Assembly: GCA_965248265.1 (NCBI GenBank)
Contig: CBDFJF010000001.1
Location: 2,432,001 to 2,496,000 of the forward strand
From: Candidatus Latescibacterota bacterium
GTDB taxonomy: Bacteria > Latescibacterota > UBA2968 > UBA8231
Length of the DNA: 64,000 nucleotides
Direction of reading: 5' to 3'
Shown: piece by piece, positions 10,175 to 17,679 of the stretch
How the letters are laid out: every line of letters begins with the position of its first letter
How positions within the stretch are numbered: position 1 is the stretch's first letter
Made by a program: the position numbers and the translations under genes
Notes under the pieces: generated by a model
What the model was told of the DNA's origin: nothing
Seen by the model: only the letters and a program-made list of their open reading frames with translations
Databases searched by the model: none

Positions 10175-10576
10175 TCAGATCAGAAGGGTGCGGTTGAGAA
10201 TGTGGAGCGGAGGTTTCACGATATCGGGCTCAGAATGCAGGTACCTATAGGCATCTGGTTGCCATCGAACCTCGATGCATTGGCTATGAGCGTACGGAAC
10301 GTCTGGGTCCCCTTTCGACGCCGTCGCTTCCGCGACATCGCCGGTGGCAACCACTTCCATCCCGAGGCATTGCGAGATTTCGGGACAGCAGCAGGGGTTC
10401 TGCAGGCGGACATCGGTTGCGGAGGAAGATCCGCTGTGGCACACTACTGCTGAATCGGACATCGAGCAACCACTTGCCGCATAGCCCAGATTGGCCTGAA
10501 GCGACAGACTCAGAATGAAGAACAGATAGGTCCCAAGTCGGAGAGTTTTGGTGTAATCTGGTCGTATCGCAATCAT
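10175..10576 (-). CDS. Small Cys-rich signal-peptide protein, candidate CutF/CruR/HYC_CC_PP-type leader peptide
   Basis: 133 aa, hydrophobic N-terminus, 7 Cys including CCC, C-terminal PPLHILNRTLLI; lies directly upstream of cusCBA. Confidence 0.6.
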   Translation of the reverse strand: MIAIRPDYTKTLRLGTYLFFILSLSLQANLGYAASGCSMSDSAVVCHSGSSSATDVRLQNPCCCPEISQCLGMEVVATGDVAEATASKGDPDVPYAHSQCIEVRWQPDAYRYLHSEPDIVKPPLHILNRTLLI

Positions 10577-10608
10577 CGTCAGGTTCCCATGAACATACGG
10601 CCGGCGTC

Positions 10609-12012
10609 CTATTTGGCAACCTCGTGCGCATCGATGTGGTATTTTGACAACAGCCGGTGCAGGGATCGCCGATCGATACCGCTGTGCTCGGCGGAACGAG
10701 AGATATTGCCCTTGAAGTTCTTCAGGACATCCGTGATGTAACGTCGCTCAAAGTCCTCGATCAACCGCTCCTTCGCGTCCTTGAAAGGCAGATCCAAGTA
10801 GTACTCCACCTGGGGCTCGGCCTCTCGGTCTCCGCTGCGCTTCACCGCTTCGGGAAGATCATCCACGGAGATGCTGTCGCCGCTGGCCAGGATCAACGCT
10901 CTCTCCAGCACGTTCTGAAGTTCGCGCACATTGCCGCGCCATTCGTGCGCCGTCATCAACTCCATCGCCGAGTCATCGATACCGACTGCCGGCTTTCTGT
11001 TTTTCTCAGCGAACACCTGCAGGTAGTGATTGGCCAATAGTATGATATCGTCACGGCGCTGTTTCAGTGGTGGTAAATGGATGGGAAAGGTGTTGATGCG
11101 GTAAAAGAGATCCTCGCGGAAATCACCTTCCTCGACGGCGAGATCCAGGTTCTGGTTCGTGGCGCAGATGAGGCGAAAGTCCGATTCGCGTTCCTGGTTG
11201 CTGCCCAGGCGCCGGAAGCTGCCGTCCTCCAGAGCGCGCAGAAACTTGACCTGCAACGTGTGCGGCAACTCCCCGATCTCGTCCAAGAAAAAAGTGCCGC
11301 CGTCGGCCTCCTCGAGCAGTCCGGGGCGCGACTTGGCCGCACCGGTAAACGCCCCTTTTTCGTAGCCGAAAATCTCACTCTCCACCAGGTTTTCCGGCAG
11401 CGCCCCGCAGTTGATCGGCACGAACGGCTTGCCGTGGCGGAAGCTGTTGGTGTGAATGCTGCGGGCGATCAGTTCCTTCCCAGTGCCGCTGGCTCCGGTG
11501 ATCAGCACATTGATATTACTGTCGGCGATTTTCTTGATCGACTCGAAGATCTGCACCATCGGAACGCTGCGGCCGATGATGTTGTCGAAACTGTACTCGC
11601 GGCCCAACTGCTCTTTCAGGCTGCGGTTCTCTTTTCGCAGTTCGCTGTCTTCCAGCACCCGCTCAACCACGATGGACAGGTGCTCGGGAGTGAACGGCTT
11701 CGGGATGAAATCGGCAGCTCCCAGTCGCATGGCCTCGACGGCGTCTTCGATGGTGCTGAACGCCGTCATCATCACCACGACGGTTTCCGGGCTCTCGGCC
11801 TTGACCTGCTTGAGCAACTCCATCCCACCCATCCCCGGCATCTTCAGATCGGTGAGAACGAGATCCGATGCATCCTGCCGGACGGTCTCTATGCCCTCCT
11901 CGCCCGAATGGGCCACGGCAGTGCGATACCCGTTGCCGTCGAGAAGCCGCTGACAGCTGGAGGCCAGGTCAGCCTCGTCGTCCACGATCACGATTCTGGG
12001 TGCATTAGCCAT
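10609..12012 (-). CDS. Sigma54-dependent response regulator (NtrC/AtoC/ZraR family)
   Basis: REC domain (VDDE, TDLKMPG, KPF), Walker A GASGTGKE, GAFTGA, FLDEIGE, WRGNVREL, C-terminal Fis-type HTH. Confidence 0.95.
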   Translation of the reverse strand: MANAPRIVIVDDEADLASSCQRLLDGNGYRTAVAHSGEEGIETVRQDASDLVLTDLKMPGMGGMELLKQVKAESPETVVVMMTAFSTIEDAVEAMRLGAADFIPKPFTPEHLSIVVERVLEDSELRKENRSLKEQLGREYSFDNIIGRSVPMVQIFESIKKIADSNINVLITGASGTGKELIARSIHTNSFRHGKPFVPINCGALPENLVESEIFGYEKGAFTGAAKSRPGLLEEADGGTFFLDEIGELPHTLQVKFLRALEDGSFRRLGSNQERESDFRLICATNQNLDLAVEEGDFREDLFYRINTFPIHLPPLKQRRDDIILLANHYLQVFAEKNRKPAVGIDDSAMELMTAHEWRGNVRELQNVLERALILASGDSISVDDLPEAVKRSGDREAEPQVEYYLDLPFKDAKERLIEDFERRYITDVLKNFKGNISRSAEHSGIDRRSLHRLLSKYHIDAHEVAK

Positions 12013-12078
12013 ATAGCTTTCTCCCAGGTGGTGTTGAGGCGAGATTCATGAGTACACCCCTCCTTATGTCTTGCCTTG

Positions 12079-12094
12079 CGCAATCTCTGTGCCG
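12079..12094 (-). promoter_or_regulatory. Sigma54 (-24/-12) promoter for the activator-leader-cus-copA unit
   Basis: Minus strand CGGCAC-AGAGA-TTGCG versus consensus TGGCAC-N5-TTGCW. Confidence 0.75.
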
Positions 12095-12113
12095 ACTGCC
12101 GAACCATGACACC

Positions 12114-12126
12114 TAACCAATTGTTT
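12114..12126. promoter_or_regulatory. IHF-like site
   Basis: Minus strand AAACAATTGGTTA, one mismatch to WATCAANNNNTTR; in an AT-rich patch between the sigma54 promoter and the putative UAS. Confidence 0.55.
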
Positions 12127-12184
12127 TTATTACCTATTTAGTTTGTATGGGCACATCCCAGCCACGCTCGCCACTATCATCAAC

Positions 12185-12222
12185 TGAGACAAGTATAGCC
12201 CAGGTGGGACATTGACGCCTCA
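12185..12222. promoter_or_regulatory. Tandem putative upstream activator sites (TGRGAC-N6-GTCCCA-like)
   Basis: TGAGAC-aagtat-AGCCCA (12185-12202) and TGGGAC-attgac-GCCTCA (12205-12222); the same motif pair occurs at 17181-17217. Confidence 0.55.
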
Positions 12223-12279
12223 CTGCAGTTCGGACTGGGGCCCAAATGATCGACATGTGAGGGACATTCGGGTTGTGCG

Positions 12280-14223
12280 TCAGCGACGTGCCTCCAGCGC
12301 CAGACGCACTTCGCCGAGAAGATCAGCAGGGGCAAACGGCTTTTGCAGCACGCGAAAACCCAGTTCGTTGACACGCTCCCATTCCACCCGTTCGTCCGTG
12401 TACCCGGTTACAAACAAGCAACGCAGGCCCGGTTTTTCCACTAGCAACTCGAAGACGAAGTCCGGACCCCGCCCATCCGGCAACACTATGTCGGTGAGTA
12501 CCAGGTCGAATCCCAACCCTTTGCTGTTCCATACTGCTCGGGCAGCCGCCAAGGAACCACAGGCGCTAACACTGTAACCCGTCTCCGTCAGGATTTTCTC
12601 TGCCCTGATGCGCAGGTCCTCGTTGTCTTCTATCACGAGTATGCGTTCGCCTCTGCCAACGTGATCGGCCATCGCTGCGTTGCCCTGGGAACTCGTTGCT
12701 CTCACCTCGTCATGAATGGCCGGCAGGAAAATGTCGAACTTCGTGCCCTCTCCCAGACGGCTTTTTACTTCTATCCAGCCCTCATGCCCTTCGACGATTC
12801 CGTAGACGACGGAGAGTCCCAGGCCCGTCCCCTTGCCAACCTCCTTCGTGGTGAAGAAGGGCTCAAAGATCCGCGCACTGGTCTCCTCATCCATGCCACA
12901 ACCCGTGTCGGTGATGGTCAAACGGCAGAACTGTCCTGGTGAAGCCTGCGTATGGGTCTGGCAGTGTTCGTCCGTCACTGTCACGTTTCGCGTCAGAACG
13001 GTCAGCTCCCCACCATCGGGCATGGCGTCGCGCGCGTTGACGCACAGGTTAATGACGATCTGGTCCATGTTGCCGGGGTCGGCGTTGATGAGATCCAGGT
13101 CCGCGGCCAGATCGATCGTCACCTCGATATGTTCGCCGAGCAACCGGCTCAGCATCTTCTGCAGCTCCTGGATATGGCCGTTCAAGCTCATCGGCTCGGG
13201 CTCCATGCGCTGCCGGCGACTGAACACGAGTAACTGGCGCGTCAGATCTGATGCCCGCAGCACGACCTTGCGAATTTTTTGCAGGTCTTCCCGCAAGGAG
13301 GTCTCTTCGGCTGCTGCGGCCAGCAGCATATCCACGTCGAACAGGATGATACCGAGTTGATTGTTGAAATCGTGAGCAACCCCGCCGGCCAATTGGCCGA
13401 TCGATTCCATTTTTTGTGCTTGCAGCAACTGACCCTGGAGACGCTTGTAATCGGTCACATCTTGACCGCAGGCAATCAAGCCGATCGGTTCGCCGTGAAT
13501 GCCTGTCAAGCGGTCTGAATTCCACGAAATGACGCGCTCGGTGCCGTCCCGGGTGGTAACCGGGTTTTCATAGGCGCGGGCCGGTCTTCCTGACAGAATC
13601 TGCTGCATCTCGACCTTCACTCGATCTCTCACAGCCGCCGGCAGGAAGCGCCCTACATAGTCGACACCCAGCGCTTCCTCGCGCTGAAATCCGTAGACCC
13701 TCTCCGCCTCGCGATTCCACTCGAGCACCTCGAATTTCGGGGAGAGGACGATGATGACCATGCCCGCGGCCTCGAAGACTGAACGCAGACGCTCTTCGCT
13801 GGTCCGTAGGGCCTCCTCCGCCTTTTTGCGTTCGGAGATATCCCGGATCACTCCCGTGAACTTGCGCCCCCCAGCATCCGCGTACTCACCCACAGCGAGA
13901 TCCATCGGGAAGGTCGTGCCATCTTTGCGCAGTCCGGTGACCTCACGCCCGATACCTATGATTTTTTTTTCACCACCGTCGACGTAGTTGCCGATGTAAC
14001 CGTCGTGTTCTCTTCGATATGGCTCTGGCATCAATACAGAAACGTTGCGGCCGATTACCTCCTTTGCACGATACCCGAAGATCAATTCCGCGGCCGGGTT
14101 GAACGACTCGATCATCCCTTGCTCGTCGATACTGATAATCCCTTCGACCACGTTCTCGACGACAGACCGATAACGGTCTTCCAATGAGCGATCTCCCGCT
14201 CGATCGTCAGGGGCAGTCATCAA
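12280..14223 (-). CDS. Hybrid sensor histidine kinase: FixL-type heme PAS + PAS + HisKA/HATPase + REC
   Basis: LMPEPYRREHDGYIGNY..IIGIGREVTGLRKDGTTFPMDL resembles the FixL heme-PAS; AHDFNN, NARDAM, DTGCG, PFFTTK, GTGLGL; C-terminal receiver; no transmembrane helix seen. Confidence 0.9.
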   Translation of the reverse strand: MMTAPDDRAGDRSLEDRYRSVVENVVEGIISIDEQGMIESFNPAAELIFGYRAKEVIGRNVSVLMPEPYRREHDGYIGNYVDGGEKKIIGIGREVTGLRKDGTTFPMDLAVGEYADAGGRKFTGVIRDISERKKAEEALRTSEERLRSVFEAAGMVIIVLSPKFEVLEWNREAERVYGFQREEALGVDYVGRFLPAAVRDRVKVEMQQILSGRPARAYENPVTTRDGTERVISWNSDRLTGIHGEPIGLIACGQDVTDYKRLQGQLLQAQKMESIGQLAGGVAHDFNNQLGIILFDVDMLLAAAAEETSLREDLQKIRKVVLRASDLTRQLLVFSRRQRMEPEPMSLNGHIQELQKMLSRLLGEHIEVTIDLAADLDLINADPGNMDQIVINLCVNARDAMPDGGELTVLTRNVTVTDEHCQTHTQASPGQFCRLTITDTGCGMDEETSARIFEPFFTTKEVGKGTGLGLSVVYGIVEGHEGWIEVKSRLGEGTKFDIFLPAIHDEVRATSSQGNAAMADHVGRGERILVIEDNEDLRIRAEKILTETGYSVSACGSLAAARAVWNSKGLGFDLVLTDIVLPDGRGPDFVFELLVEKPGLRCLFVTGYTDERVEWERVNELGFRVLQKPFAPADLLGEVRLALEARR

Positions 14224-14376
14224 AGCTTGCTCTGTTGAAAGCCAAAAGGCTCGTCGGAATCAGTCCGGACGAGCCCATATTCAGCCGGTGCTTGCGCATT
14301 GTTCTCACAATCGTCTTCCACGTGCGTGGGTTTAGCAGATCAATCGATCTGAGCTATCCCGACTATCCATAGCGCG

Positions 14377-14392
14377 TACAATTCTCGTGCCG
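14377..14392 (-). promoter_or_regulatory. Possible degenerate sigma54 promoter upstream of the kinase
   Basis: CGGCAC-GAGAA-TTGTA; perfect -24 element but -12 GC changed to GT. Confidence 0.3.
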
Positions 14393-14460
14393 GGCACGGG
14401 AAGCTGTCAAGGCTCCTGAGCCTCGGCGCGTGTAGTTTACGACGCAGCCGTTCAATCGAA

Positions 14461-15099
14461 TCAGGGCGTCAATCCAGGATTAGCCGGTTGCCGTCGTAGA
14501 ATGAGATCGAAGCCGACCATGAGTTCGTCGTGAACTCGTACCAGACCCAGGAAACGGCGGGGCGGATTCACGCCGAAGTTCGACATGCGGATCGGCGTAG
14601 CTCCGCTGGCGTGAATCCGACCGGCCTCGTCGCGGCTTCCCTCTACAACGAAGTCGATGCTGCGACGCTCTCCCGCAACACTCAGGTCGCCCCACACACG
14701 CAGGCGCCGGGATTCGCCGGAGTCTTCCATCTGCCCTGTCACGTTCCGCCCGGCGATGAAATCAAAGAGGATTTGTGGAAACTGTGCCGCATTGAGGGCT
14801 TTCTCGAGATCTCGCTCCATGCGTTCGTTGCCACAGTCGAAACCGTCCACGGGAATCGCGACGTTTACCGTGGCGTGCTCCCAGGTGATGGGTTCATCGA
14901 TTCGTCCGGGCGAGCCGTGCACGATAGCCGTAACGTCGTACCCGGCGGCATCGCAGTCGAAGCGGTTTACGTTAGAGCGCCCTTCGATCCACAGCCGACT
15001 GGCTTCGAGGGTGACGTACCTGTCAGCTTGCGCAGCCTGGCCAAGGCTCGTTATCCAAAGCGCTTGGAGCGTCAGGCACAGGAGGCGTCGTTTCGACAC
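14461..15099 (-). CDS. YceI-family (polyisoprenoid-binding) secreted protein
   Basis: GTG 15099 with GGAG RBS; signal peptide; SRLWIEGRSNVN, FDCGN..M..DL..AL.A.QFPQI.F, GDLSVAG, MSNFGVNPP. Confidence 0.8.
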   Translation of the reverse strand: MSKRRLLCLTLQALWITSLGQAAQADRYVTLEASRLWIEGRSNVNRFDCDAAGYDVTAIVHGSPGRIDEPITWEHATVNVAIPVDGFDCGNERMERDLEKALNAAQFPQILFDFIAGRNVTGQMEDSGESRRLRVWGDLSVAGERRSIDFVVEGSRDEAGRIHASGATPIRMSNFGVNPPRRFLGLVRVHDELMVGFDLILRRQPANPGLTP

Positions 15100-15103
15100 G
15101 GTG

Positions 15104-15691
15104 CTACTCCAGGGCGAGAGTGAAGTGCACGTCAACGATGTCCGCTGCCTTGATCGTGCCGAACATGGCTGTGGGCGGTTTGATGTCGAAGCTCGTCATG
15201 CGTAACGGCGTGCGCCCGGTGACAGTCAGATGCCCGTCGTCATCGAAGTACGCTGCCGCTTCGAGGTTGACTTCGCGCTCCACGCCGGCAGCAGAGACGA
15301 GCCCCTGTGCAGCGATCGTCGCGGTGTCGCCTGCCGCCTCGACGCGCGTTACTTCGGTGAGCTCGAAGGTAATGTCGGGATGCTTCTTCTGGCGCAGATG
15401 CTTGCGAATCCTGCCCGTCAGACCCCGGGTCTTGGAGGAGATCCCCTCTACCGGAAGGCGCATGACGAGACTCTGAAACATGCTTGGTGTCAGCTCGTCG
15501 ACCCGGCCGGCTTGGTATGCCGCAAGATTGAGCTTCACGTCGATTTCCGTGAACTCCGCACCCCAATCGTGGACGTTGGAAGTACCGGTGATGCGCACCA
15601 CGTGCAATTCGGTTTGGGTCAGGATCTCAGCAGTGGCGACGACGGCGAGGAAGACGACGAAAAAGGTGATGGGTGTGACAGATCGTGCCAT
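15104..15691 (-). CDS. YceI-family secreted protein
   Basis: ATG 15691; signal peptide; ITGTSNVHDW, KKHPDITF, LSAAG, MTSFDIKPPTAMFGTIK. Confidence 0.82.
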   Translation of the reverse strand: MARSVTPITFFVVFLAVVATAEILTQTELHVVRITGTSNVHDWGAEFTEIDVKLNLAAYQAGRVDELTPSMFQSLVMRLPVEGISSKTRGLTGRIRKHLRQKKHPDITFELTEVTRVEAAGDTATIAAQGLVSAAGVEREVNLEAAAYFDDDGHLTVTGRTPLRMTSFDIKPPTAMFGTIKAADIVDVHFTLALE

Positions 15692-15702
15692 GATATATGC
15701 CC

Positions 15703-15739
15703 AAAAAAAAACCGGGCGGGCGTTGGGCTCCACCCGGTT
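15703..15739 (-). terminator. Intrinsic terminator/attenuator between the barrel gene and the YceI genes
   Basis: Minus strand AACCGGGTGG-loop-CCGCCCGGTT running into a T tract (A run at 15703-15711 on plus). Confidence 0.65.
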
Positions 15740-15755
15740 GATGAGTGCGGTCGGG

Positions 15756-17030
15756 TCAGAAGGCGACCGTGCTTTCCACCATGAACCCGTCGAAGCTGCC
15801 TCCATGGCGCAGATCCTCAGCGGGGAAATCGTTGTAGCCCTGATCCACGTACTCAGCCTTGATCAGGACGTTGTCCGTCACGAACCATCCGGTTCCCAGC
15901 TGGACGCGATCGATCGAAGCATCGCCGCCTCCCACCAGGTCCCCGGTCACTGTGTTGTAGCGGGCACCGATGTAAACCTTGTCCGCTTCTGTGAAGCGGT
16001 AGAGAATCTCAGCCGCGTACTGATTCCAGGTTCGGTCCGCACTCTCATTGGCGGCGCGGCCGTTGGCACGCTCGATGGTACCGAAGAACTCAAGGCCTCC
16101 TACCTGCACGAAGGGGTTTGCGACCATCGCCGTGACCTTACTGCGAAATCCGGGGTTGAAGCGGCCAGAGGTGAAGTTCGACGACGTTGAGGCATCCTCT
16201 CCTTCGAGCACCAGGTAATAGCGTGAGCCGCCGCGATCGCCGGAGTAGAGCGTGTTGTTCAGGCTCTTGCTCGTGGTGTAGGCAGACCCGGTGAGACGCA
16301 CCCGCAGATCGGGCCGGATCTCCCCGTCATAGCCGACCTTGCCGTAGAAGGAGGGAGCCCGGCCGTCGGGACGATCCACAGACCCCTTGATTTCTCCCCC
16401 CGTAATCGCACCCATGGCCAGCCAGCCGCTGTTGTGGTAGTAGACCTCGGCGCCGATCTCGGTGGTGAAGGCATCCATGATGAGGTTTCCCACCATGGGA
16501 TTGTACATTGCGTTGGCGTTGTCCGACCGGCGAAAGTGGGCGTCCCCGTAGTTGATCTCGAAGTGCCCCGCCTTCAAGGTCAGGTTTTCCATCAACCGGT
16601 CGATGGTTTGGTTGTTCAACACGGTCAGTTTGTCCACCTGCATGTACCCACCCTTGACCCAGGCGTCCGGGTGGTGACGGGACGACAGGTAGGTGATCAG
16701 ATTGACTCGAATCCCGTCGGCAAGCTGAACGTCCGTGTTCAGATTAGCCGTAGCGGTATTGAATCCGGCACCCAGTTCCACCAGTCCACCCGGGGTGTTG
16801 TTGTGATCGACCCCCTGGAACTGCTGGGTGAAAGCGGCGCCCCACTTGACAGTGACACCATCGAAAGGGACGGCGCTTTCGGTGGGAGGCTCGAACACGG
16901 TAATTCCCGTTTTGTCGTAGGGCCGTACGTACTGCACACCCTCGGTGGCCTGACCATGGGATGCGGCTGGGATCGCCACGGCGATCGATATCAGCGCGAC
17001 CTTGCGCAGGGTCGTCATTCGGGAGGACAT
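15756..17030 (-). CDS. Uncharacterised outer-membrane beta-barrel protein
   Basis: ATG 17030 with AGAAAGGAG RBS; signal peptide; alternating amphipathic strands; C-terminal beta-signal GFMVESTVAF; motifs YLSSRHH, GHFEINYGDAHFRRSDN. Confidence 0.75.
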   Translation of the reverse strand: MSSRMTTLRKVALISIAVAIPAASHGQATEGVQYVRPYDKTGITVFEPPTESAVPFDGVTVKWGAAFTQQFQGVDHNNTPGGLVELGAGFNTATANLNTDVQLADGIRVNLITYLSSRHHPDAWVKGGYMQVDKLTVLNNQTIDRLMENLTLKAGHFEINYGDAHFRRSDNANAMYNPMVGNLIMDAFTTEIGAEVYYHNSGWLAMGAITGGEIKGSVDRPDGRAPSFYGKVGYDGEIRPDLRVRLTGSAYTTSKSLNNTLYSGDRGGSRYYLVLEGEDASTSSNFTSGRFNPGFRSKVTAMVANPFVQVGGLEFFGTIERANGRAANESADRTWNQYAAEILYRFTEADKVYIGARYNTVTGDLVGGGDASIDRVQLGTGWFVTDNVLIKAEYVDQGYNDFPAEDLRHGGSFDGFMVESTVAF

Positions 17031-17100
17031 GGCCAACTCCTTTCTGTGAACCCCCCGGTTGACCGAGGGGGATAGGGTTTCTGTCACTCACTCAATCTGT

Positions 17101-17116
17101 TGCAAGAGCTGTGCCT
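17101..17116 (-). promoter_or_regulatory. Sigma54 (-24/-12) promoter of the barrel-YceI-YceI operon
   Basis: Minus strand AGGCAC-AGCTC-TTGCA, about 70 bp upstream of ATG 17030. Confidence 0.78.
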
Positions 17117-17180
17117 GTCGAACAAAACCCAGATCTCAGAGAGTAGTTGCTGCAGAAAGGGCGGGAGTTACTGGTATGAA

Positions 17181-17217
17181 TGGGGGGTTCGTGTCCCACT
17201 GGGACGTACCTGTCCCT
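17181..17217. promoter_or_regulatory. Tandem putative upstream activator sites TGGGAC-N6-GTCCCA
   Basis: TGGGGG-gttcgt-GTCCCA (17181-17198) and TGGGAC-gtacct-GTCCCT (17200-17217). Confidence 0.6.
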
Positions 17218-17302
17218 GCTCGGGCGGGATCCGAGTGTCCGTTATTCCAGTTTACAGCGACGTGGTACGCAGCCGCCGCGCTTCTTTCTTCACCCGAAAG
17301 AC

Positions 17303-17338
17303 AAAAGGCCCGTCCGAGTCGAGCGGACGAGCCTTTTT
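17303..17338. terminator. Rho-independent terminator after moaD (bidirectional form)
   Basis: AAAAGGCCCGTCCG-agtcgag-CGGACGAGCCTTTTT. Confidence 0.8.
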
Positions 17339-17378
17339 CTCAATAAATGCGCTATGGCGTTTACCTACACCATCTCAC

Positions 17379-17654
17379 TCACACCCCTCCCCCACTCATG
17401 GCGGGCAGGAAGTGGAGCTCACTCGACTCGCCCACCTTCTTACGCAGTCCCTCTCGGGTGATCTCTCCATCGACCGCAACGGCGATCACCGTCTTGATCT
17501 TGTCCTCTTCCTCGTCGACGAGGCGCGCCCACATACCGGGATACGATTCCTCCAGCTCGGTGATAATCTCGCGAACTGTGGTTCCCTTGACCTCGATCTG
17601 TTGTTGCCCCTGCGTCAGCTTCTGCATCAGAGGCGGTATCCACACGGTTGGCAT
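17379..17654 (-). CDS. MoaD/ThiS-family ubiquitin-like sulfur carrier
   Basis: MPTVWIP, G.TVRE..ELE..YPG, AVDGE, LPAMSGG(GV). Confidence 0.85.
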   Translation of the reverse strand: MPTVWIPPLMQKLTQGQQQIEVKGTTVREIITELEESYPGMWARLVDEEEDKIKTVIAVAVDGEITREGLRKKVGESSELHFLPAMSGGGV

Positions 17655-17679
17655 GTAGCGACGACCAGAGTCGATCGAT

